64,000 nucleotides of DNA from Octopus bimaculoides. Lineage: Eukaryota. The notes under the pieces are model-generated. The model saw only the letters and a list, made by a program, of their open reading frames with translations. It searched no databases and had not been told where the DNA came from. The DNA lies in NCBI RefSeq assembly GCF_001194135.2, contig NC_068989.1, forward strand, positions 93,581,290 through 93,645,289, in the 5' to 3' direction. Positions 36,670 through 51,051 of this stretch are shown here, piece after piece. Each line of letters opens with the position of its first letter. Within the stretch, counting starts at the first letter, position 1. The position numbers and the translations under genes are program-made.

Positions 36670-36734
36670 GCCAGCTCTGATGAGCCAGCTCTGATGAGCC
36701 AGCTCTGATGAGCCAGCTCTGATGAGCCAGCTCT
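36670..36734 (+). repeat. 14-bp tandem repeat gccagctctgatga x4.6
   Basis: Four perfect units plus gccagctct; each unit contains CTGATGA. Confidence 0.97.
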
Positions 36735-36881
36735 AACATCCGATTAGTACCCACTACGAAACTGATTAGCAAGATCTGCCGTAATGAATACATAATATAC
36801 TGTATGCTTTAATTAATATACCAACTACAGGGGCAAATATACGAATGCTTGTGTTTTTCTGAATTATGGTTTCTTAGACGA

Positions 36882-36978
<97 letters not shown>

Positions 36979-37384
36979 CACATTAACATAGAGAGGATGG
37001 GTCTGTCGTCGAAAACGAGGTGTGGCTGTTCATTAATGAGAACAGAAGCGACTCCAGCAAACTTGAGGTAGCGGGAAGAGGCCAGTCATTCAGACAAATG
37101 ACAAAGCAGAACTGGAAAGTCACAGGGTGCAAACACAAGAATGGTGCGCACGCACGCAAACACATTGTCCATAGATAAAATCCTGCAACATAGTAGAGTT
37201 AATTTGTTTTCACCACACATACACACACACAAATACATACGCACACAGAAGCATACATATACAATACCTGTACATATATATTATATATATATATGTGCAT
37301 ATATATGTGTGTATATATATATGTATATATATCTTTATTAAAGTATTTATTTCCTTATATATATATTTATATACATACATACAC

Positions 37385-37461
<77 letters not shown>

Positions 37462-37668
37462 ACATATAACACACACACACATATATGCAAACACAGTTTA
37501 TACGTGGACAGTTAGAATTATTGCGTACATTTCTTCTTCGTTTTCACTTGCTTAAACAACCTGTCAGCGTTTCAACGAATTATACTGTGAGTGAAAACAT
37601 CCGAAGTATCGCAGCACATAGCAAATAATTGCCTGCCACGTATATGTCAAGGGGATGGACAAGTAGGG

Positions 37669-37802
<134 letters not shown>

Positions 37803-38354
37803 AAAGAGAGGCAGAGATGGAGACTGCCAATTATTCTATAATACTTCAAATTTGAGCAAGCTGTGAAGGACTTAATTAAATACACTGGGGAAATGTAAAC
37901 AAACGTTTGCACCGTCTCTTTGTGACCGCGAGAAGTTTGCATAGATGTTTGCTTACACTATTTGTCTAGAGTATTTGATTACGCTCAGTAACATATATGA
38001 AAAATTAGGACTACCACAATACAAGCAACACATTTATATACTATAGTATACGCACAGACATACACATAGACATACACACATTCTGTATTTTGTATCTTTT
38101 ATCTTGTACGTTCTTCAGTCAATGGACCGCGACCAAGCTGGAGCACCACCTTGAAATGTTCAGTCGGTCAAACTGATACCTGCACCAATTGTGTCTTTAG
38201 CTGGCTACTTATTCTTTCAGTCTCTTATTGCGAACCGTTAATTTAGGGGAATCTAAACTAAGCAACACTGGTTTTCAGGAGATGGAGGGGGGACAACCAC
38301 AAAGACAGACAGACAAATAGACAGAAACACACACACATATGTACTTACATGCAT

Positions 38355-38416
<62 letters not shown>

Positions 38417-38507
38417 ACACACATATATCGTTCAAATTTACAGTAAATCAAAAGGCGAAGAACACCAAGCAGGTGTATTAGTTTAACGCTCAGTAAAAAT
38501 AGAACAG

Positions 38508-38545
38508 TCTTTCACGTTTCGAGCCTACGCTCTTCGACAGAAAGG
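38508..38545 (-). ncRNA. Degenerate minimal hammerhead ribozyme motif (probably inactive)
   Basis: cttt CTGTCGA A GAGC gtag GCTC GAAAC GTG aaag: stems intact but core A6 is T and the cleavage triplet is GUG. Confidence 0.45.
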
Positions 38546-38560
38546 AATAAGGGAGAAAAT

Positions 38561-38592
<32 letters not shown>

Positions 38593-38652
38593 NNNNNNNN
38601 NNNNNNNNNNNNNNNNNNNNNNNNNNNNNNNNNNNNNNNNNNNNNNNNNNNN

Positions 38653-38690
<38 letters not shown>

Positions 38691-39493
38691 ATGTGTGTGT
38701 GGCGTGTGTGGTGTGTGTGTATACGTTATATATAATAATTATATAGGGTTGGTCAAAAGTCACCAAACAGTAAATCAAAACCAAGATTAAAAACAAAAAA
38801 AATATTTTATTTGAGACTTCGCTAACAAATAAACAAATGTTGGAAACTAACAGTGATTTTAACTCACAGCATTCAATTAGTAAACATTCATAATTAGAAT
38901 GAATAAATTAAATTGAACATTATTTACAGAATTTTAGTTTACTGTCGGGTCACTTTTGGCCAACACCTGTGCATAATTTCCGCCAGCTAACAATCCACTC
39001 ACAAGGCTTTAGTCGACTCGGGGCTACTGCAGAAGACATTCACTCAAGGCGCTGCGCAGCGGGACTAAACTGGAAACCAGGTGGCTGCAAAGCGAAGTTT
39101 TTAACCGCACAGCCTTATAGGTGCGTATTAATTTTTTTATAACAGTAGTTAGAAATGGTAGTCTTTCGTGTCCGCGAGAGACGATTCCACCATTTCTTCC
39201 TGAACAAACGGCACAGATGCTTGGTTTGTAGTGATCAAATGTTTGTGCTGTGTATATGGTCGCTCTCACTCTGCAATCAACATTACTTTTGCAGGCGCCT
39301 GGTGTATCATCCGTTAGATATCGATTCTGATCGCAGAGTATGGTGAGATGAAGTGTTTTGCACGAGAACACAACGCGCCGCTTGGTTCGGGAATCAAACC
39401 CTCGATCTGGCGGTCGTGAGAGTCACACCCTAACCACCACTCCACTTGCCCTCACATCGCAATTATTGGCAGCAATAGATCTAACGATGTTAA

Positions 39494-39725
39494 GGCGGCG
39501 AGCTGTCAAAATCGTTAGCACGCCGGGCGAAATGCTTAGCGATATTTCGTCTGCCACTACATTCTGAGTTCAAATTCCGCCGAGGTCGACTTTGCCTTCC
39601 ATCCTTTCGGGGTCGATTAAATAAGTACCATTTACGCACTGGGGTCGATTTAATCGACTTAATCCCTTTGCTCGCCCTTGTTTGTCTCCTCTATGTTTAG
39701 CCCCTTGTGGGCTATAAGGAAATAA
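39494..39725 (+). mobile_element. Family 1 SINE, subfamily with ...ttgtctcctctatgtttagccccttgtggg tail
   Basis: A/B boxes and core as at 35953-36158. Confidence 0.9.
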
Positions 39726-40980
39726 ATATAATCTAACGATGTCCATATTGCTTCGCGTGTCGCAATAAGATTCACTTTTCAATAGTTAAGAGCATTTTTT
39801 TTATCAATGATAACACCTTTATCAATTGTCAAAACAAAAATTACCCAATTAGAAGAAAAATAAAATCACACACACACACACACACACACACACAATAACG
39901 CACAATGCGATGCTTACAGCATTTACTGACACCATGGTCGAATTCCTTTGTTTCCGAAGATATTAACCCCGTCAGACCTGGACCCTGTATCTAACTTTTC
40001 CTTCACCTCGGCTCCTCAGCAAAAATAATAAAAAAAAGTTGTTGCATCTACAGATAAAGACTTTCGATTGCCGGCAAAATAATGGACCGAATCGGCTGCA
40101 TCTTCTTTTTCATTGTGTTGTTCTTAACCACTTTGCCAGGAATCCAGTAGATATGACGTTTAATCTATTGCTGCTACAGCGACAGGGTTAAGAAAAACAG
40201 TAGCAACTTCTTCTTCGTCGCTAAACCTTCTCGCGTTAGTTCAGTTTCAGCAGAAGTTTGCGGTAACTTCTTGGCAACTTCATGGTGTGATGTGCTTTCA
40301 GTTATATCTTACGCCACTGATGCCCTTGAAAGAAGCATCAATGAATGGCCTTATACTTTTCCAGCCTTCTAAAGTCTAAGACTGTCTTAAATGACAGATT
40401 ACTGGCTCACATTTCAAATCCCACCACCTCCACAAACACCTTTAGTCTGATGTTTCAGTTTTAGGGAAAAAAAAACAAAAATCTTACACAATTTAGATAT
40501 CCATAGTAAGATCTTGATCCCCGACCTCTTGATGTCTCTGATTATTAACGAATATGACACTGCGACAAAATTATAATACCAACACACTCGCTAATGTTTC
40601 TATCGTTTTGTGGCCTCGTGCCAATGTATTATTATTTTTTTAAAAATCAATATTTTATCGTGTTTACACAAAATTTATGTTACTTTTCCAATATATACAT
40701 TTTATGATTCATCATTATCCGCCAGTGATGATCAAATATATCAATGATTAGCCTGGTCACAAGTTTCTCTGAAAACATTTGCTATAATACAGGCGGGAAA
40801 CTACGCTTACAGAAAAACTTTCAATCCTTAATCTAGTCCTTCCTATACGGTTTTTTTTTTTCGGGTAACCGCTGTTTTCAATTTTTTTACTATCAAAACC
40901 TGTTTTAGCAAAATAAAATCTCCCCATCCCCGAGTCTCCACCCATTTACTTTTCGTTTATATTTCATTGGGGAACTCTTA

Positions 40981-41206
40981 TTTCGGTATTGCCCACAAGG
41001 GGCTAAACAGAGGGGACAAACAAGGACAGACAAAGGGGTTAAGTCGATTACATCAACCCCAGTGCATAACTGGTACTTAATTTATCGACCCCGAAAGGAT
41101 AAAAGGCAAAGTTGACCTCGGTGGAATTTGAACTCAGAACGTAACGGCAGACGAAATACCGCTAAGCATTTCTCCCCACGTGCTAACGTTTCTGCCAGCT
41201 CGCCGC
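40981..41206 (-). mobile_element. Family 1 SINE, same subfamily, inverted relative to 39494-39725
   Basis: cccacaaggggctaaacagaggggacaaacaagg...cagctcgccgc. Confidence 0.9.
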
Positions 41207-41380
41207 TGGGAACTCTTAACGCACGAAAGATTCCTCAGTTGTTCATATTTAACCTCTTAGTTAGAGAGGGAAGGGCGGCACCAGTAATGCTCCACTTCCG
41301 TTAAAGGCTTACAAGGACCAGAAGATGGCATTAGTTGGGTGAGGGATAAAATTCATTATTTTTTAGTAAATATTATGCGA

Positions 41381-41441
41381 AATGATTATTGTGTGCAATG
41401 ATTATGTGTGCAATGATTATGTGTGCAATGATTATGTGTAC
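41381..41441 (+). repeat. 15-bp tandem repeat aatgattatgtgtgc, about 4 copies
   Basis: Read directly. Confidence 0.9.
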
Positions 41442-41769
41442 GAATTTTTGTATAATATATTTATGAACGCTCGCACACGTGTAAATTGAATTGTAATACT
41501 TTCTTCTTAATGAAACTAAAATGTTGAATTCATACGGTATTCGATAATCAATTCACAAACTATGGAATCATAACCTCTCCAATTTTTTCGTTGTTCTCTT
41601 GTGCCGTTTATATCATTCTAACTCAGAGTAAGACTTCAAGGGTTTGATTGTTTTGATAGTTGCCTTAACCATCAACATCATACAGTATTTTTTTCTTTAT
41701 TTCTCTTCTTACCAATTTATAAATAAGGCTTCGACGATATAGGCCAATCTTTAAGCAACTGATTAAATT

Positions 41770-42245
41770 TTATCCGATGGACAATTCATTTCTCTCAGCG
41801 TGCATTCAATTGTTTTGCACCAGGTGGGTTTTCGCCCTCGAGCCTTTCAATGCCAAGATGCTGCCCATTTTAAAGTTATTTTCGCTGTCCTCTTCTGATA
41901 CAAAAAATTCTGCTGTTTTACCCCCAATCTCATATATTGCAACCAGTTTGTGAGCACTTCCTCTCATTCGGCAATTTGTTGGATCCGGAAATATGACAGA
42001 TTTTCTCCAAGCACCTGCAGCCTATTACGTTGATCTTATTCACTTCACATTTTCCTACTCAGCATCCTTCGTAGCCATATATTAGAGCCGTTTCCCTTAG
42101 AAAGACTAATATTAAATCTAAAACTATTGTACTTTCAGATCGACTGAATTCCTCACATACTTCGGTAAAACTTGTATTTACCTCGTTGATTTCGACTTTT
42201 TTTTTGTAGAAACCTCCTCGACGATAAAACACAAGATTATGATGC
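41770..42245 (-). mobile_element. Old RTE-like LINE fragment (post-RT region)
   Basis: LIYGYEG...EVNKINV...CLEKICHIS...NE resembles the LLYGxExW...lnvfxxxCLRxIxxI segment; many stops. Confidence 0.55.
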
Positions 42246-43584
42246 AATTACATCTATCAAATATTGGGCAAATTGTCCAGTATATTATGTGTTTCTATCA
42301 TCCCTTTTTCTTGTGATTTAGCCTTCGTCATTTATTGCTAAAACTATGTTCAAAACCAAGTCATTAGTCTAGAAACAACTTATAAAAATAAGATGTAGTG
42401 TTAACCACAAATATTAGAGGTGAATATTTTATCTAGATAATGGCTTAAGATGAAGCTACGGTGAATCTAAATCATAGATTCTAAAATCTAAGCACGTAAT
42501 TGAACTAATTGTGCACTTGAAGAGAATCCACTCAGAACAACCAGCAAACACGTGGCATAGAAGTACAGATTACAAATTGGTGCACGTGATATAAAGGTGA
42601 CTACTGATAACTTATATAACTTTTGATTTCAACCTAGGAGTTAATCAATTCGTAATCAGCTGTTCTCACATTTATGAATTAAAACATGTCGTTTATATCA
42701 GTCTTTATCTAACGACTAAAGGTTTATATTGTCGGGCGGAATATGTCAAGAGAACTCTGTAACAACTGTTACACAAGGGTTACAACTATTAGGTCTAAAC
42801 AACCTGTGAAGAATAACAACAATCAAAGACAGTCATTGGCTTAGTTGTGCCAGTCTAATTCTAAATCATGCTTCCTACATATTTTACTTTCTACGATACT
42901 TATCAATCATATCATTTTATATATGATTATGTTCAGTGTCAACCATATCTAGAGCAAAGTCTTCAGGAGGCCGGCCTTGCTAGGTATGTTAATTCCGATG
43001 TCTCGTATCACTTTGTGTTTATTACTGTACAACTCCTTAAATCCAATGAAGTTAACTCTATTTGCCTTATTCGACGTAACAATATATTGATAAAAACTAA
43101 ATGTTTAATTCAATTAAACTTATTTACCTCGGGTTATGCCATGCTGACGGTTTCTAATAAGAATTAAATGGCACTGTATATGATTGCTAATGACTAGTAT
43201 TTTAAGATCTTCAAATTAAATAATCAACAATAAAAATAAAATCTAGATTTGTATGTTCTACACATTTTCTACTTTGTTTTTCGGTTTTAAATTCAAACTT
43301 GTAATGCCGCAAAATATTATGTAGAAATTACACAAATTGGCCACCAGGGAACGCCACGTCCTAAATGTACCGTTAAGAAATGAAAATTAGAATAATTAGA
43401 AATATTCTTACGGACGATTGTTTCCATGCAGTGTTGAGTACATAATTGAAACTTGTGTTGATGCCTACTCACGTGCTCATAGAAGCAAATATTCATTAGC
43501 ACACATGACTCTTAATCTTGGCATAACGCCTCAAGATATGAAGGAAGGGTACAATGTTATAATAAACCACTACACTTCAGGAGG

Positions 43585-43898
43585 AGACCCCCTTCGGTCA
43601 TGAAGGACCATGGGATTGCACCTAGAAAGTTACCTCTGGGCAAGTTTATTTGTGGAAGGCCAGCAGTCGCCCATGCATACCAGCCTCCCCTCTCCACACC
43701 ACTAATGTTATCCAAGGGAAAAGCAAAGGGGCCGATACAGCTTGGCACCAGTAACGTGGCAATTCATTTCTACAACTGAGTGAACTGGAGCAACGTGAAA
43801 TAATGTGTCTTGCTCAAGAACACAACACGGTCCGGGAATCGAACTCACAACCTCACGATCATAAGCTCGACGCTCTAATCACTGAGCCATGCGCCTTC
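43585..43898 (-). mobile_element. Full-length tRNA-derived SINE (family 4)
   Basis: gaaggcgcatggctcagtgattagagcg (A box)...gagttcgattccc (B box)...gtgttcttgagcaagacac central block. Confidence 0.88.
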
Positions 43899-44718
43899 AC
43901 CTACAGTTGACTGGTACTGAAATAATCGACTTCCTGGTGGCAGGGCTTAACCACGCAACCTAATATTTAACCAGTTCAACATGTCATTTTTCTTTCATTC
44001 CCTCTAAAGAGGCTTAAAGCGTGTCTATAGCTGTGATGAAATATGTTGATAAGCATGAAAGTAAAGACAGCAAAAACAATCATACAGTTTATATGTTCTT
44101 ACGTAATTACATGCTTAGTAGTTACTAAGGTGGTGCTGCTGCAGTATGGCCTTAACATTGATGCCTAATAAAAACTAAAAATCATCGAAACTGGTCGCAA
44201 TATTTTAGTTTTATTGGAACTGACAAAGTTTCTCAAGAAAAATAGAGCAATACTGTATCGAAAGATTTTTCGAAAGAGCATGTTGGTCACATACTCGCTT
44301 GATATATCTGCCGCACGTTTCTTTACAATATATTCGCACACGACTACATAGAACATACACGAATCAACAAGGGTAACTTCTACATGGTGACCCAATCTGT
44401 TAGAAATAGTTGTGAAGTTTGCCTCATACCACTCTTTGAACCATGTAGTTCTTTTTATATATATTCTCAGTTGTATGTTTTCTCAAATACTTTATATACA
44501 AAGAGAGGAAGATGTATATGAAAGGAATGCCTTTGATCGTGGGCCACATTGTATAATGTAGCTCTAGATATATTATATCTGAAGAAAAAAAAACGGAACA
44601 GTCATGGTTGGAACCCTTTTGGTTGTCTGTATGTGCGAGAAGTTGGAACTAAACAACACAACGAAAACAAGGAGAACAACAAAAGAAGAAGGAAAAGAAA
44701 AGCTACGGTAACAGTAAC

Positions 44719-44768
<50 letters not shown>

Positions 44769-45218
44769 AAGGAGAAAGGGAAAGAAAGGTAGAGAAAGAG
44801 AGAATCCCCGTATTATCTTTAAAGTATACATTATGATCCAATGATAAAAGAATGACTTCACCATTCCGGATTACAGGTATTCGTATAAATACGAATTAGT
44901 ATTTCTCAGTCCGTGTTACTTTTACCAAACGTAGAAGCGAAAACCGCTGCCAGCCAAAATAGAAACTTAGTCACAAAGGTATTTCCTATCGTCCATCATT
45001 TATCTAAAAGTATCCTACAAAGAAGAACAAAGACGTATAACTCTTGATGTAACTATTTGTAGGAGATTTGTTTCCTTACTGTGTTGGCTATTTATGATGA
45101 ATGTGAGTTGTGTGATGGCAGGCGATTGGCTGAGATGCGTGAAGCTAGCATGAAATCTTTTCAGTTATATTGATTAGTTAAACGCTGGTAAACATCACGT
45201 GCTTATAATTAATTCATC

Positions 45219-45608
45219 TACTTGTTTCAGTCATTAGACAGCGGCCATGCTGAGGCACTACCTTGAATAATCTTTAGTCGAATGAATCGACCCCAGTATC
45301 TACTTGTTTTAAAGGTTATCGGTCGTTTTTGACGAATCGTTAGGTTACGGTGAGATAAACACACCAACACCGGTTGTGAAACTGTGGTGGGAGACAAACA
45401 TAGACAGACACAAGGAAACGCCCCCTCTCTCTCTCACACACATATATTTACAACAGGCTTCTTTTAGTTTCCGTTTACCAAATCCACTCCGAGGCTTCAG
45501 TCGGTCCAACGCTACAGCAAAAGATACTTGCCCAAGGTGCCACGCAGTTAGAATATATCCAGAACCATGTGGTCTGCTAAGCAAGCGCCTTACCACCCAG
45601 CCACGCCT
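45219..45608 (-). mobile_element. Family 2 SINE, near full length
   Basis: Reverse complement of ggcgtggctg-gtggtaag...ccttgggcaagt...atggccgctgtctaatgactgaaacaag. Confidence 0.85.
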
Positions 45609-45679
45609 GCGCAACATAAATATACGTTTACCTAAAAAAGAAACTATGAGAAGCTTTATGATTCAGACATAAAGCTTCA

Positions 45680-46065
45680 GACATGGCTGTGTGGTTAGGA
45701 AGTTTGTGTTGCAGCCATATGATTTCAGGTTGAGTCCCACTGCGCAGCACCTTGGACACATGTCATTTACTATAGCAACGGACCAACCAATGCCTTGTGA
45801 AGGAATATGGTAAACGGCAACTGTGAGGAAGCCCGTCGTATGTGTGTGTGTGTATATGTGTGTATGAGTGTCTCCCTGCTGCTTGACAACCAGCATTTGT
45901 TTACATCTCCGTAACTTAGTGGTTCTGCAAAAGAACCAATTATATTAAGTCGGAAACTTTAAAAAATGCCTACGTGGTGGTCGTGGTGGTGGGGGGCGAT
46001 ATGTTTGACTAAAGCTTTCCAGAGGCGGTGCCCCAGCATGGCCGCATTTCAATGACAGAAAGAAG
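45680..46065 (+). mobile_element. Family 2 SINE, near full length, head-to-head with the previous copy
   Basis: gacatggctgtgtggttagg...ggttgagtcccactgcg...gcttgacaacc...ggcggtgccccagcatggccgca. Confidence 0.85.
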
Positions 46066-46254
46066 TTAAAGATAAAAAGTAAAATATTAATTGACCTGCT
46101 AAGTCCTAATTGGGGATACATAATTATCTGAATTAATTTTGGTTTATTGAAGACTAAAAGCTCTGGATAGCAATATCGGGTTCATTTCTTAAGTAAACAG
46201 TAATTGAAAGAAGGCAAGGCAGCAATTGGTTATAATTCTAGTAATATTCTTTTA

Positions 46255-46459
46255 TACTCTAGGCACAAGGTCCGGAATTTTGAGGGGAGGGGGCAGTGGA
46301 TTAGAACGACCCCAGTACGCAACTGATTCTTAATTTATCGACCCAGAAAAGGTGAAAGCAAAGTTGACCTCAGCGGAATGTGAACTCAGAACGTAAAGAC
46401 AGACGAAATACCACTAAGCATTTCGCCCGCCGTGCTAACGTTTCTGCTACCTCGCCGCC
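46255..46459 (-). mobile_element. Family 1 SINE
   Basis: tactctaggcacaagg...cgccgcc reverse-complement copy. Confidence 0.88.
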
Positions 46460-47958
46460 TTGTTATAATTCTAGTAATGACAATCTGGTGAGTGAGATCT
46501 TAGTGAAATTGTTGTACACAGGGGCTTCCATAGTTCAATGCTGACCATCCATATAAACGTGAGTGTACAGGCTTAGGAAAGGAATTGTTAGGGAAATAGG
46601 TTGTTAGCCATGCCTATAAGTCTTTCCTCACCACACCATGTCTATCCAAAGTCCGTCGACTTGGACTAATTCAGTGCAGTATTAATGTTGTCGCAAACGT
46701 TGCTGTCAGAAGCCGCAATGCATCTCGTCCTATCCTCAAATAGTTCTGCCATTTCGACGCCTTGAATCATTACTGTTGTAAATGATCCTCAAAGACCTGT
46801 GAATCCTGGCAATATTTGAATTCAGGAGGTAAAAAGTCGAGGCAAATAACTCGAAGCTTTCTCCCAGCGCTCTAACAGCTCAGCCTTTAAATTTGCTTAG
46901 AATAATTTATTGATTTCGTATTTCGATACAAAGCAATAACTGAGAGAAACAAATTACGCATTGCTTGTCTAAGAAGAACCTCAACTACAAATGTGAAGTG
47001 ACGCGATTTTAATCGTAAATCGAATCCCATTTTAGCAGTTAATGGAAACTTATCAGTTCTAGTAACGTTCACTATTATTTTCTCAATTATCTAAAGAAGA
47101 TTCGCTAAAACGTTTGATTATATTATCTCTTTAGTATAGGTGATGTCCTATATTTGTAAGGATATGCAAATATTTGGCTGTGACGCTGTGATATTCATGT
47201 CTTTCCCGAATAGAAAACGAACATATTAAGAAAATTTGAACCATGAAACGTAAATCAAAACTTGGGCAGCAGAACCTATGAGATACGTCTCACTAGAAAT
47301 GTGCCACTATTTTTCAATGAGTTCACCGTTATTTTCTTGTATATTTAAAAAAGAGTAATTTTAATATTAATTTAATACAGGCGTTAAACAAAGACAAACA
47401 CCACAAAACATGGTTTAATTGATTAATTAATTAATTAAAAATACACAAAAGAAAATTTTATCAGCAAAGTTTTTAAACACCTTTATACGAAGTGTAAATT
47501 GAATATAATATAATATGTAGCAGGTGAAAAAAGTATCACTCACTAATTTAGTTAAAAATTTTACAACAAGATTTAAAATAAAAATATCTATAATTATAAT
47601 TTTCACTATGAAAAACAGAGCAAGGCGCGTACATACATAGCTGGAGATGAGCAATCAATATATTCTGTTATCTTTGTTCTAAAGAATTTAACATTTTCAG
47701 GTGTCCATTATTGGAATAAAAGATAAATGATTAAAAAGTAAACTGATTAATGTCGGAGCCCACATCGGAGATCATATCAGAAGAGATCTGATTAAAAATT
47801 CCTAGTTAAGCAATAAAAGAACTAACGGGCGGATACCTTGAGTGATCAGAGAAAGGAAACAAATGGCGAATTAACGGGGTTCATTTTAGAATTTTTTAAT
47901 CAGTGTCATGATAAAGGAATCAAAATGTATGTATGTGTATGTATGTTGGTACATGTCA

Positions 47959-48004
<46 letters not shown>

Positions 48005-48776
48005 ATGCCTGTATATACCTATGTATTTATGTGAGTGTGTGCCTATATATATGTATATATACATACACACACACACACGCACACACACACATACACACAT
48101 ATATTTATACATACACACATATATATACACGCACAACACATAAATGTATACACATTCTAGGGAGACAAGTTCAAAAGAAACTATGTCAGACCAATTAGAA
48201 TATACTTTAAAAGATTAGTCTGAGAGAGAATGAAATAAATTTATTGATTAAATATCCTAAACAAACACACACATATATATGTATATGTGTGTATGTGTGT
48301 GTGTGTGTGTCTGTGTGTATACACATACATACGTACATGGACACATACATATTGAAGATATGATAAAGTTTATCAAAAATTTACCTTCGCTCTGTTCAGG
48401 TAAGTGCAGATTTAAAGATTTAAAACCGAAACTAAGAAGGAGATTATAATAAAGAAAAACTGCTCTGTTTAACAAATTGAAAAAGGAATTAATTTTATAT
48501 CAGACGAATAGTATCGTTATTTCAAAGAAGACAACAAGCCTCTAACAGCTAAAACAAACGCAAACAAATGAATAACACATCATATTATGCTAAGAATGGA
48601 CAGAAACGTGAAAGTACCTAGTGGTATTATTACTTATATCTCTTTGATCTACATTTATGATCCTGTTGGATCGATTACATCTTTTATCAGTAAAAAATCG
48701 ATGAAATAAATTCTAGCTATATGCTTCGATTAAATTTATTTATTTAGATATTATTGTCGTTGCTGTTGTTCTTGTT

Positions 48777-48820
<44 letters not shown>

Positions 48821-48864
48821 TATCAACATCATCATCATCATCATCATCATCGTCATCATTATTA

Positions 48865-49130
48865 TTGAGTGAAGGAGCAGCGCATGCCATCAAAGTGACA
48901 CTGGGGTAAAATATACCAAGCCCAATATACCCATCATGACTACCCGTCTGATAAGGGTACACCAGGCACATGCATCACAACCATATGTGCGCGATATGGT
49001 GATCCCGTATCAAGATAAACAGTGCATGACCTTGCAGGTGGGGCCCAGTTAGAATTTTCTTCAGGTCGAGTAGCCCATCCCACTCAAAAGGTCCCTGAAT
49101 AAGGTTTGTTTAATGATGTTGAGCATAACC
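48865..49130 (-). mobile_element. Retroposon 3' end with (ATG)n-type tail (SINE or LINE 3'UTR)
   Basis: Higher-GC block gcatgccatcaaagtgacactgggg...caaaaggtccctgaataagg abutting a long (CAT)n tract at about 48777-48860; family unassigned. Confidence 0.5.
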
Positions 49131-50136
49131 TTTCTCATTCGAAACATTTTTTTCTAAACAAAACAACACACATGGCCAGCAGAATAACCCATTAAGCGTA
49201 GCACTGCTAGTTAACCATTTTTTCTTTTCATACAAATTAACCTGACATTGTCTCGTGAATTTTTTGCTCTATCTTCACAAATCGTAATTTCGGTGTTGGT
49301 CGACCACCATTTATAATTAATTGCTTCCGTTCAAAATCTTTTTTTGAAAAACTATTTTTCAAAATTTCTTCTATAACACACATTTCAGTTATTTGCACAA
49401 ATATTTCGAAAATCCTAGAGAAATCTTATGAAAGTAATTGAGGCACGTGTGAGCGTGTGTGCATGAATTGCAAATCAGTTTCATCAAGTCGGAAAGATAA
49501 TTTTAGCAAATCAACGCAAGATTAATTAGCTATATTATATTTCTGATTTCAGAATTTTTGAAAATTTGTTCAATACAGAGGATGGTTAAAGATAATAAAT
49601 TCAAAACTTACAACAGAGCGAAATAGGTATTCGAAAGTCACGGTAACATTTGAGCTGACTAATTAAGAATTATGGGATTGTTGATATGTTTTGGTCAGAA
49701 TATTTTAAGGTCAAAAAGTCAAATCCAGTCAGCCATTTAGCCTGTTGCGTTAGCGACATCAATTCAAAGAACTGTTGACAAAGAAAAACTGCCTTCTGTA
49801 GTTATTTTATCGCGATAAATAAATAATCTTACAGGCATTGACTTTACAGATAGGCAGGAAAGAAATGGTAGTTACTAAAATAAAGGAAAGGTGGGAACAA
49901 AAGATTTCATATGCGTTTAAGTATGCCTAGAGGAAGCTGAATTGAGCATGTTAATACAGCAAAGCATCTGGACGGGTTTCCTTTGAAACAAAGTAACTAC
50001 TTTAGCTCAGTTTCCAATGATTTTGACAACTTATCAATGTAGTTATAGATACATCACGTTCTTAAATTAATTTTTGAGTGATTTAAAAAATAAACGTATA
50101 TGGAGTGCATGACTTGCATGTCTCAAATGCGCGCCA

Positions 50137-50181
<45 letters not shown>

Positions 50182-50983
50182 AACTTCCTCCGACCCCTAT
50201 ATGTGAAGTTGGACCTTCAATAAATTTTTAGCACTAAAATCGGTTTTCCTGAATATGAGCTGCTAAGTTGAGGAGTGCATCTGATATGCCCGTGCGTGTT
50301 TTGGAACATCAAGTGCGCTGATACCATTTCTAAAGACGTTACTAGATATGGTATTACAGCTGCCTTTACTAATCCACGTATGTGAAATATCCTGCATGCG
50401 ATTTTGAAGAAAGTTTTCTCAGCAATTTCTTGTGCCTCACTCACAATGCTGGCGTGTTCTGCAATACAGGATATTGTAATATCGATATCTTATTTGATAT
50501 TTTCGCCTTTTTTTTTTTTTTACCAGATATCCCATCAAAAGAGAGAAAAAAATGTCGTATTGAATGAAACCAACATTCTAAATAATTTTAATATATTTAA
50601 ACACAACGACAGTAATAATAAGGGCAATGATGATGATGATGATCATGATGATGATGGTAGGGAATTGCTGTTCCTATTATTTCTTTGCCCTTATAAATTT
50701 ATACTTTTTACGTAATTCCCTGCAGAGATAAATTCCTGCAACTTTTAAGATAATAGTCATTACAGAGAAATGATGACCGTGATGATGATGATGGTGGTGG
50801 TGGTAGTGGTGGTGGATGTAATGAAGACTGCGGTGTAGAAAGTGATGATGTTTTAATGGTGATGATACTAACACTTCTTTCCTGCATATCTTAATCTTAT
50901 AACTATACCTATTTATATGCATATACATATACAAGCACGTGTGTCCACACATACATAAATGTATATACATATATATCTATCTA

Positions 50984-51051
<68 letters not shown>

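Noticed and set aside
50104-50125. p53-like tandem CATG half-sites (gcatgacttgcatgtct)
   Set aside because: Several mismatches to RRRCWWGYYY; expected by chance.
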